Below are positions 56,248 to 64,000 of a DNA stretch of 64,000 nucleotides, piece by piece (the first letter of the stretch is position 1; every line of letters starts with the position of its first letter). The stretch comes from Theionarchaea archaeon (GTDB lineage Archaea > Methanobacteriota_B > Thermococci > Methanofastidiosales > SZ-28-30), in the NCBI GenBank assembly GCA_018992685.1, contig JACVGT010000018.1:96001-160000 (forward strand). The letters are read 5' to 3'. A program made the position numbers and the translations under genes. The notes under the pieces are model-generated. The model ran no database searches. It was not told the DNA's origin and saw nothing but the letters and a program-made list of their open reading frames with translations.

Positions 56248-57795
56248 TTACTGGCTTCGTAACCACTTGACCATTCTCTGCATTTTCTTTTCTCTGCTGC
56301 GCTCTGCCCACAGATAGGCTTCATCCCTGGAGTCCTTAGTGATCAGGATGACGACTTTCCCCACTTCGGACCTCCCTGTCCTCCCTTTTCTCTGGATCGA
56401 CCTAATCTCAGAAGGAATTGGTTCATAAAACACCACCAGATCTACAGCGGGGATGTCTAATCCTTCTTCTGCTACTGAACTTGCCACCAGAATATTGTAT
56501 TCCCCCTTTTTAAAGTCCTCCAGGATCTTTTTCTGCTCATCCTGCTTCAATCCCTTGTCCGTTCGGGATGATTGTCCCACGAATCGCACAGGTTTTGCAT
56601 GCAGAATAGGCTGAACCTCTTCAAGAATTGAAGAAATCGTATCCCTGTACTGGGCAAACACAATGATGAGAGAAGCTTCTTTGGTGTAAAGTTGTCTCTC
56701 CAGTACTGCACGCAGGGCCCGTAACTTGGGATGTGATATCTCAGAACACGCCTGCACCTCCCGGTACAGTGCCTGAACTCTCTCGTCGTTGACAAGGATC
56801 TTCTCAGAACGTTTCTCGCAGGGGCCTTCAATCATTCGTTTCAGATAATCCCGCAGTGGATTAACACCCTGTGTTTCCAGAAGCTCCAGACAGTGATATA
56901 AAGAAATGGCCATTGCCTGATTCAAGTACGCGGCAAACCGGTATTTGGACCGGTACCCTGTGAGGTACCTGGGTATGTATCCTCTCAAATCCAGCAAATC
57001 CTTCTTGGATGTATATTCCTTTTTCTTGTAGGTCAGAAGTCCCAGATTGTTCAATTTCTCAATCTTTTCGTAGAGGAGAGGTTCCACCTTCCTTCTCAGA
57101 GCTTCCATTTCTGGAGTCAGCTCAACCTTATGCCATTCAATCTTGATGTCCTTAACATAACTGATGACGTCCTCATCCTGACGTACCCTGGCCTCCACAT
57201 TCTGTACATAGAGGTTTTCCATTACCTCCTTTATTTTTGCTTTCTGAGAACCCGGAGAAGCTGTCAATCCGAGAATCAAGGGCGCCTGTCTCTGATTGAC
57301 ATAGGACTGCGCTATCTCCACGTATGCATAGTCCCCGACTGCCCGGTGTGCTTCATCAAAGATTATGAGTGCTGTGTCCTCCAGGGTGTACAGGCTATTG
57401 TGCAAGTCATTCCGGATTACCTGGGGCGTGGAGAATATGAACTCACTATCTCTCCACAGATCCTTTCTCTTCTCTGGAACAGTCTTTCCAGTGAGCACAG
57501 TGCTGGACTTCATGACCAGCATTTCATCAAATGAGTGCTGATGCTGAAGTACTAAAGGCCTGGTAGGAGCAAGCATGACAACTTTTCCCTTTTTCATTAC
57601 ATCTGCTGCCACCAAAACGGCTATTACTGTCTTGCCAAGTCCTGTGGGAATAACAACGAGTGTGTTCTCCTTCTTGGCCTTTTCAGCAATATCCATTTGA
57701 AATGCCCTTTCCCGCACCGTTTTGGGTTTGATGGCAGGGTGAGAAACGAACCCTCTATCTTGGGCTACATAGTCATCCAGTTTCAGCTGCTCCAT
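56248..57795 (-). CDS. hef: Hef/FANCM-family SF2 helicase lacking ERCC4 nuclease domain
   Basis: PTGLGKT, APTRPLV.QH, DEAHRAVG.YAY, LTASPG, SVAEEGLDIP, IQRKGRTGR. Confidence 0.88.
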   Translation of the reverse strand: MEQLKLDDYVAQDRGFVSHPAIKPKTVRERAFQMDIAEKAKKENTLVVIPTGLGKTVIAVLVAADVMKKGKVVMLAPTRPLVLQHQHSFDEMLVMKSSTVLTGKTVPEKRKDLWRDSEFIFSTPQVIRNDLHNSLYTLEDTALIIFDEAHRAVGDYAYVEIAQSYVNQRQAPLILGLTASPGSQKAKIKEVMENLYVQNVEARVRQDEDVISYVKDIKIEWHKVELTPEMEALRRKVEPLLYEKIEKLNNLGLLTYKKKEYTSKKDLLDLRGYIPRYLTGYRSKYRFAAYLNQAMAISLYHCLELLETQGVNPLRDYLKRMIEGPCEKRSEKILVNDERVQALYREVQACSEISHPKLRALRAVLERQLYTKEASLIIVFAQYRDTISSILEEVQPILHAKPVRFVGQSSRTDKGLKQDEQKKILEDFKKGEYNILVASSVAEEGLDIPAVDLVVFYEPIPSEIRSIQRKGRTGRSEVGKVVILITKDSRDEAYLWAERSREKKMQRMVKWLRSQ

Positions 57796-57902
57796 GTATA
57801 GTGGTTTCTGTCATGGTTAAAAAAGGTTGTCCACTGGTTGGTTCCACCAGGTTGTTGTCAGTCAACAGGCTGAACTATATAGATGGGACCCCTAGAATCT
57901 GC

Positions 57903-58103
57903 GTGAAGCTACAGATAGCAAAAGACCGCTGTACACAATGCAGAAAATGCGTTGAGATTTGTCACAAGGGGCCCCTGATCTTTGATATTGATAAAAAGGA
58001 AATTAAGAACATGGATTACTGCAACCTGTGTCGTCTCTGTATTACTGTATGTCCTGAACATGCTTTGAAATGCCTTAATCATCGTCAATCATCAACCAGA
58101 TGA
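57903..58103 (+). CDS. Small 2x[4Fe-4S] dicluster protein
   Basis: CTQCRKCVEIC and CNLCRLCITVCPE; start moved to GTG 57903. Confidence 0.75.
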   Translation: MKLQIAKDRCTQCRKCVEICHKGPLIFDIDKKEIKNMDYCNLCRLCITVCPEHALKCLNHRQSSTR

Positions 58104-58138
58104 GAAACCTTTATGTTCTTCTCCAGTATTGAAAGATA

Positions 58139-59113
58139 ATGTGCAACCTTGAGTGCCAGGGATATGCCAGAGGAAGCTGTCTCACAAAGACGGGGAGCAG
58201 AATGGTCCCTGCATGTGAAGCTACTCTGCTGAAAGAGGAAACAGTGCACCGGCTGGTGATGAGTGCGCACTTGTCCAGGCCGGAACACTACTTCTCTGTG
58301 TATCAGTCTGGATGCAACCTCACGTGTCTGAAATGCCACTCTCACGAGTTCACCCAGGTGGCCACAGGACACTGGTACTCCCCTTCTGACATTCTGGACC
58401 TGGCCAAAGGCTACGAACTTCAGGTTACCTATATAGAGAAGAAGGAGCACGTTACTGCCTTCCACGGAGCTTCAATGTGCAGAGGATGTGGGAGGTGCGT
58501 CACTCATGTGAGGCCGCGGTCATGTCCAGGTGTTGTGGACCCCACGCAAGTCGTCCTCTCGCCTCAGGGGTGGGGTCCAGCACGTAACATCATTGGATTC
58601 ACAGGAGGTGACATAACCTGCTGTCCTGACTTCTATGCAAAATGTGCCAGATTAATCAAGGAACAAACAGATCTGTATGTTCTCATTGAGACCAATGGGT
58701 TCGGATTGACTCCAGCGAACCTGGATATCCTCAAGAAGGCAGGTGTGGACTCTTTCTGGTTGGACATTAAAGCATTCAAGGATACCATTCATAAGACACT
58801 AACCGGGGTCTCCAACAAGCGGATACTGGAGCTGCCGTGGGAGATGAATCATATGGGATTCGTTCTGGAAGTCTCCACATTGTATATCCCTTCCTGGGTG
58901 GAAATTGACCAAATCGAGCACATTGCAGAGCTCCTGGTGGACGTTGATCCCGAAATACCTTTCACAATACTGGCATACTTTCCCAGCTTCAAGATGACGG
59001 AAAGATCCCCCACCTACGACGAGATGGTATCTGCATATGAAGTGGTGCGAAATGTGGGGCTCAAGAATGTGAGAATGGGCAACCTATCAGTAGTGTCTGA
59101 GACAGCCGAGTGA
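58139..59113 (+). CDS. Radical SAM protein (PflA/activase-like) with extra Cys cluster
   Basis: YQSGCNLTCLKCHS, CRGCGRC..C insert, FTGGD, IETNG, WLDIKA. Confidence 0.85.
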   Translation: MCNLECQGYARGSCLTKTGSRMVPACEATLLKEETVHRLVMSAHLSRPEHYFSVYQSGCNLTCLKCHSHEFTQVATGHWYSPSDILDLAKGYELQVTYIEKKEHVTAFHGASMCRGCGRCVTHVRPRSCPGVVDPTQVVLSPQGWGPARNIIGFTGGDITCCPDFYAKCARLIKEQTDLYVLIETNGFGLTPANLDILKKAGVDSFWLDIKAFKDTIHKTLTGVSNKRILELPWEMNHMGFVLEVSTLYIPSWVEIDQIEHIAELLVDVDPEIPFTILAYFPSFKMTERSPTYDEMVSAYEVVRNVGLKNVRMGNLSVVSETAE

Positions 59114-59319
59114 TGCACCAGAACTGTCGAGGACTGTGTCAGGATCACTGCTCTGAAATTCCCTGATGGAACGGCGAGTCAAGAGGTGATCGCTGAGATG
59201 ATCTGCATAACGTAGCATATGGTAGTGGAGCATCCCGAGCTGAAGGGATATCCCAGAAATGAAAAGCACTCCCGTGTCCGGGACTGGTGTATCCTCCTCA
59301 ACAGGCGGACCACAGTAAC

Positions 59320-60423
59320 TCAAAATCTGAATTCTTTCCTTCTTACAGTGAATTTCTCTACCACATCATCGTGAACGTGCACACCAATTCCTGGTCCTTC
59401 AGGAACAGTGATGGTTCCATCAGGATTCAGCATGAAGGGGTCAGTAATATCCTGATGATAGTACCTGTCAGTGGCTGAAATATCATTTGGCAGGCAAAAC
59501 CCGGGCAAGGAACTGAGAGCAATATTCGTGGCCCTCCCGATGCCGAATTCCAGCATGCCTCCAGCCCAGACAGGCACCTTGTTCTTCATGCAGAGATCGT
59601 GAATCTTCCGGGAAGCCGTCAACCCGCCTACCCGTCCATGCTTAATATTGATGATTTTGCAGCTCCCCATCTTCAAAGCTATCTCTGCATCTCGGACTGA
59701 TTCAATGGACTCGTCAAGGCAAAGTGGAGTGGCCAATTCCTTCTGGAGTACGGCGTGATCATACAAATCATCGTACCCCAATGGCTGCTCAATCATCATC
59801 AATCCATACTGGTCGAGTTCTTTCATGATGTCCATGTCGGCCAACGTGTAGGCAGCATTGGCATCTACCATCAACGGTATGTCGCCCATCTCTTTTCTGA
59901 TTCTCTTCACAACCTGGACGTCCCACCCGGGTTTAATTTTGACCTTGATCCTCTTATACCCTTCCGCCCATTTCTCAGCTACATTCTTTAGAAGCGTCTC
60001 CATTTTATCGATACCGATACTTACACCACTTTCAATTGTGGATTTATTTCCACCCAGAACTCGTGATAATGACACCCCTTTCTGGGTTGCATAGAGATCA
60101 TACAGTGCTTCCTCTATCCCTGCCTTGGCCATCGGATGGCCTCGAATTCTCTTGAATATTCCTTGAAGATCATCGGGAGTCTCGAATTCGCGAGATTCCA
60201 TTTCCGGTATAATGAAATCTTCCAAGATGTGCCATTCAGTGTTCACTGTCTCATAGGAATAGGAGGGTTTGTCCAGGGCTACGCACTCTCCGAATCCTTC
60301 CATCTCCTCACTGCAGAGGTGCACAATAATCTCCTGATTCCTCTCTTCCCTGCCAAAGCTGGTTTCAAAAGGGTAGATATACGGGATTTCTACAACTCGT
60401 AACTCAATTGCTTTTATCTTCAT
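59320..60423 (-). CDS. menC: o-succinylbenzoate synthase / N-succinylamino acid racemase (enolase superfamily)
   Basis: PFETSFG, RIKVKIKPG, VDAN.AY, IEQPL, CLDESI, INIK.GRVGG, GGMLE.GIGR, NDIS. Confidence 0.9.
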   Translation of the reverse strand: MKIKAIELRVVEIPYIYPFETSFGREERNQEIIVHLCSEEMEGFGECVALDKPSYSYETVNTEWHILEDFIIPEMESREFETPDDLQGIFKRIRGHPMAKAGIEEALYDLYATQKGVSLSRVLGGNKSTIESGVSIGIDKMETLLKNVAEKWAEGYKRIKVKIKPGWDVQVVKRIRKEMGDIPLMVDANAAYTLADMDIMKELDQYGLMMIEQPLGYDDLYDHAVLQKELATPLCLDESIESVRDAEIALKMGSCKIINIKHGRVGGLTASRKIHDLCMKNKVPVWAGGMLEFGIGRATNIALSSLPGFCLPNDISATDRYYHQDITDPFMLNPDGTITVPEGPGIGVHVHDDVVEKFTVRRKEFRF

Positions 60424-61240
60424 GGACATCCTTCCGCAACAGGTAGTAAGTCCTTCTCTCCTCGTCTTTCATTTCTGATGTCACATTGTACACAGAATAC
60501 CCTGCAGAAAAGTACGTTTCAAATATCTGTCTGGTGATGTCACGCCATTCTTGAGCTATTCTCATGTCCTCCTCCTTGATGTTATTGATATCTGAGGGTA
60601 TTTCCAAAAGCAGTCTCTTGTTGGTCAGCCTCAGGTTGAGAGACGCACATTTCCTGATCCCATCCCTACTCTCAGTTTCATTGATAATTCCTGCCTGGGG
60701 AATCTTGTCCAGAATGGGTTGCTGGAAGGTGCCTTCAACCCGCCGCACCACGTCATCCGCTTTGACCCTCCACTCTACCAGAAGACGATCAGAAACCAGC
60801 CCCCTGTTTAGAGAGTCTCTCATCTCGCCATAATAGTTCTCACAGTACGTGCTACTCACGACGCCCAGTTTAGCGAAGTTGAAATATGCGTTTGAACTCT
60901 GCAGTGGATCAAATGTCCAGGTAACTAATTCCAGTCCCTGGGAAATCACGAATTCCCTCTGTTTCTGCTTCAACTGGTATCCCACTCCCTTGTATCGATC
61001 CAGAACACCTGTCACATGAGAATGGTGGTGCAGTTCTCCCTTGTAAAATGCCAAGAATCCCACCAGAATGCCAACCATGGTACCGTTCTCAAATGCCCCA
61101 AGTACAAGCCCCCCTTGTTCGTTGATCGGCTTGAGCACATGATGAGGTATGACATCACGATCATCAAATTTCCAGATCGCTTTCATGGTTTTTTCACAAG
61201 CCGTGTACTCTTCAGGAGTTTCCAGTCTTTTGATGATCAT
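60404..61240 (-). CDS. GNAT N-acyltransferase (D-amino acid N-succinyltransferase-like)
   Basis: GGLVLGAF, HSHVTGV, G.GYQLKQKQR, WTFDPLQSSNAYFN..KLG, NYYGEM.DSLN.GL.SDRL. Confidence 0.8.
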   Translation of the reverse strand: MIIKRLETPEEYTACEKTMKAIWKFDDRDVIPHHVLKPINEQGGLVLGAFENGTMVGILVGFLAFYKGELHHHSHVTGVLDRYKGVGYQLKQKQREFVISQGLELVTWTFDPLQSSNAYFNFAKLGVVSSTYCENYYGEMRDSLNRGLVSDRLLVEWRVKADDVVRRVEGTFQQPILDKIPQAGIINETESRDGIRKCASLNLRLTNKRLLLEIPSDINNIKEEDMRIAQEWRDITRQIFETYFSAGYSVYNVTSEMKDEERRTYYLLRKDVHEDKSN

Positions 61241-61305
61241 TATAGATCAATACCTGGTGGGTCTTATGAATATTTCTGTTGAACCAAAGAACGATGGATG
61301 AGCTA

Positions 61306-62439
61306 CTAGGCAGACCGCATGTCACATCTCAGGCTGCAATCATCGCACACTCTGGGACACGGTTCTACATGGATGACCACATCTTTTCTGAATTTTTTGG
61401 CGATGTCATCTTCAAGATGGTGGGCAAGCTGGTGAGCCTCTCGCAGTTCCATGTTCTTATCCACCAGAATATGGAAATCAATCTTCTGCCCTACATCCAC
61501 AGCGTGGCAAGACACGACTTCTTTGTGAGCCTCCACAATAGCTGAAATCTCTTCTTTCAAGGACTCATCCACAGTGAATCCATCGATGTGTACCACAGCT
61601 GACGCATTGAGCTCCTCCTCAATCTTTTGTTCCACGTCATCAGCTATGGCATGGGCTTCTTTCAATCCCATAGGCTCAACCTGTATGTGCATTGAAATGA
61701 CCTTTCTCTCCCCGTAGTGGTGCACATTGACACTGTGAATGTCTGTGATTCCTGCGTGTGAAGCAAGTCTCTTTACTTGAAAGATCAGGTCATCAGGAGG
61801 AGCCTTCCCCAGCAAAGTACTGGAGGCATCTCTGGCTATGGTGTAGCCAACATAAACGATAACGCCTGAGACTAACATACCCGAGATGGCGTCAACCCAG
61901 TAGTACCCGTAAATCGAGGCAAGAATACCAAATGCTACAGGGATGACTGCCAGAGCATCACTTCTGTGGTGCCAAGCGTCTGCAAGCAGGGCATGGGAAT
62001 TTATCTTCCGGGAAAGATACAGGGAATAGCGAGCTAGAATTTCTTTTGCGGCAGCAGTCGAGAGTATGACCAGAAAGAAGACAACGCTACCCTTGACTAT
62101 CTCGGGGCGATAGAGACGTTCAATTGAAGAGATGAAGAATTGAGCTCCCACTATCGCCAGCAGAATTGCAATAATAAGTGAAGCAATATCCTCGTAGCGC
62201 CCATGGCCGAAGGGATGTTCTTCATCCGGCGGCTGCTGGGAGAATTTGAATCCTATGATGACTACGAGGGACGTAAGGAGGTCTGATAGGGTATGGAACC
62301 CATCTGCAATGAGCGCGATTGAATTTATGTAAAACCCAACTCCGAACTTGACAAAGGAAAGGGCTAAATTAATCACTATACTCACTGCACCTTCCAGATA
62401 ACCATAATGTGCTCTTTCTTTTTCTGTGAGAGATTCCAT
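61306..62439 (-). CDS. Cation diffusion facilitator with duplicated C-terminal domain
   Basis: SIALIADGFHTLSD, HPFGHGR, ADAWHHRSD; two EAH..A...E...VHxD/E repeats; Cys-rich tail. Confidence 0.93.
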   Translation of the reverse strand: MESLTEKERAHYGYLEGAVSIVINLALSFVKFGVGFYINSIALIADGFHTLSDLLTSLVVIIGFKFSQQPPDEEHPFGHGRYEDIASLIIAILLAIVGAQFFISSIERLYRPEIVKGSVVFFLVILSTAAAKEILARYSLYLSRKINSHALLADAWHHRSDALAVIPVAFGILASIYGYYWVDAISGMLVSGVIVYVGYTIARDASSTLLGKAPPDDLIFQVKRLASHAGITDIHSVNVHHYGERKVISMHIQVEPMGLKEAHAIADDVEQKIEEELNASAVVHIDGFTVDESLKEEISAIVEAHKEVVSCHAVDVGQKIDFHILVDKNMELREAHQLAHHLEDDIAKKFRKDVVIHVEPCPRVCDDCSLRCDMRSA

Positions 62440-62753
62440 GACAGATACCGCTTATTGATGCTTTTAAAGGTTGGTTAGGCATGCCAAACAATTTCTATCT
62501 GTTTTTTAATCTCCTCAAGAGAAATTAGTAAACATTCCACTGGTCGGGCAGGCGCTGGTTGGTAGGTCACACCTCAGGTTTGACACGACCTGATCAGGGT
62601 ATCCACGAATAGGTTGGTAACGGTATGAAGAACATTGCTGGGAGTCCTCCGAGAGAAGGGTACATCACCAGGAGCCCGGTACAGTAGATCGACATTTAGA
62701 TAATTTCTGCACACTCGATTCTTAAAAAACCAACGAATAGTGGAGGTGATGGC

Positions 62754-62864
62754 ATGAGAGAAGTATGTTTCATTGATAAAGGAGGAGGAATTGGAGTATG
62801 CACTCAAGACACAGTGACATCATGTGAAAAATGCGATTTCAGGAAACTTTGTGATGCTCACTGA
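62754..62864 (+). CDS. Putative 36-aa Cys-rich micro-protein (not in ORF track)
   Basis: SD GGAGGTGA; MREVCFIDKGGGIGVCTQDTVTSCEKCDFRKLCDAH. Confidence 0.55.
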   Translation: MREVCFIDKGGGIGVCTQDTVTSCEKCDFRKLCDAH

Positions 62865-63295
62865 CCATGTTGTTACCTCCCAATCCGTTCTCATTTGGCG
62901 TATAAATCCCAAGCCACCGCTTGGACACCAGCACGCCCTGCTGAAGTGAGCATTCAAAACAGTAGCAGAAGAGAAGTAAGAATGCTTGAGATTGTAAATT
63001 TGCTCAGGACGTGACAATGGCATACTTGAGGCTCAGTAGTTGAACGACGGCCATATTCATTAAAGAGCACCTCGAAGACATAAAGAGAAATGTGGGAGCA
63101 GTTGAGACACGCAGTAGGAGGAGAGGGAATAGGAGATTAGGCAGAGGGCAAGAAACGAGTGAGGTACACAGATAAAGGAAAGAGCCAAAAATCAAGCTAG
63201 GCACACACCCATAGCGAATACCGATTATCTGGTTTACAACAAAGATCAGCATCCAAAGATTTAAAAATACAACTATCTCATTAAGAAATGAATAG

Positions 63296-64000
63296 GTGGT
63301 TAGCATAATTGGTGAAACTTCAACATTAGAGAATCTAGCCAAGAAGTATAGAATTGAAGACTTTGAGAGACTCTTTAGTTTTATCACTACAGAATATGTT
63401 GAAGACACCACTTCTGGAATGAAGGCATTCCTATTTATAAGTAAATATGGTATCCCGGAATGGAGCAAGATAAGGAAGAGAAATGCCAGAATTGATGTTT
63501 CGATCATCAAGGAAGGCGATGATTTGTACACGATGACTCTCAATCGCGTGGACAGACACATTCGATGTTTCTTCATAGCAACAGAAGTCAATAGCAACAT
63601 CTTCTTGCTAATCACGGATGAAAAGATGATAGAAAACATTAAACCAACTCTGGATGTCTTCCTGAATTCTCTGTATCCTCATGTCCACAGGATTTACTTG
63701 AGAAACCTAGACATGGATTTGATAATTAACAAGTTGAAGGAGCTTTATAATACAGTTTTTATCAGTGAGATAAGAGCAGAGAATGATAAAGGGTTGTCGC
63801 ATTTTGACAAAGAAGAGGCAAATCGAAACTATTTGGAAAGAGAACACGAGGAAAGCAGACTGAAGGGTAAGGCAATCAAGCTTATGAAACTTTTATGTAG
63901 AGACGAGAGGAATCGATTAATTCTCGGAACAACAATCAAAAGAGACGGCTCATCAACTCTGAATTCTGGTGACCTGCAGTTCTTCAAATCAGATATCATT
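63296..64000 (+). CDS. Hypothetical protein, partial (runs off window end)
   Basis: 235 stop-free codons from GTG 63296 (VVSIIGETSTLENLAKKYRIEDFERLF...GDLQFFKSDII); visibly AT-richer than the core genes; exact start uncertain. Confidence 0.7.
   Translation, partial: MVSIIGETSTLENLAKKYRIEDFERLFSFITTEYVEDTTSGMKAFLFISKYGIPEWSKIRKRNARIDVSIIKEGDDLYTMTLNRVDRHIRCFFIATEVNSNIFLLITDEKMIENIKPTLDVFLNSLYPHVHRIYLRNLDMDLIINKLKELYNTVFISEIRAENDKGLSHFDKEEANRNYLEREHEESRLKGKAIKLMKLLCRDERNRLILGTTIKRDGSSTLNSGDLQFFKSDII

Noticed and set aside
63004-63639. 211-aa minus-strand ORF
   Set aside because: Antisense shadow of the plus-strand ORF from 63296, with Ser/Leu/Phe-rich shadow composition.
1-64000. CRISPR arrays, transposases, integrases, rRNA/tRNA genes
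   Set aside because: None recognised by eye; covariance-model and repeat searches would be needed to exclude short RNAs.

Overview
Gene-dense archaeal chromosome segment. Archaeal markers are proteasome alpha/beta, membrane LonB, class I CCA enzyme, archaeal AlaRS, Hef helicase, Trm11, TATA boxes and PIP-box motifs. Gene content suggests an anaerobic, peptide-fermenting euryarchaeote, plausibly near Theionarchaea/Methanofastidiosa (inference only). Main blocks: (1) a coupled operon psmB-psmA-ABC transporter-AIR-synthase-like 'methanogenesis marker 2' gene, whose substrate-binding protein looks naturally circularly permuted; (2) uvrB, ferredoxin, ALDH, ECF S component and NifB-like radical SAM; (3) two divergent redox operons, nuoE-nuoF-fdh-hydBG(fused)-hydD-hydA plus maturation protease on the minus strand, and nuoE-(nuoF::gltD)-nuoG'-gltB2 followed by gdhA on the plus strand; (4) S2P, dinB, trm11, lonB; (5) a five-gene Roadblock/V4R/MglA-like GTPase operon; (6) ribL, cca-thpR-PRTase, aminotransferase, alaS; (7) an Ere-like lipoprotein and two tandem GT-C-like membrane proteins; (8) helicase-only Hef, a GNAT + NSAR/OSBS pair and a CDF transporter; (9) an AT-richer unknown ORF running off the right end. 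I found three small SD-supported ORFs missing from the ORF track. I recognised no rRNA, tRNA, CRISPR array or transposase. All calls come from motif recognition by eye, without database searches, and several starts were moved to SD- or overlap-supported codons.
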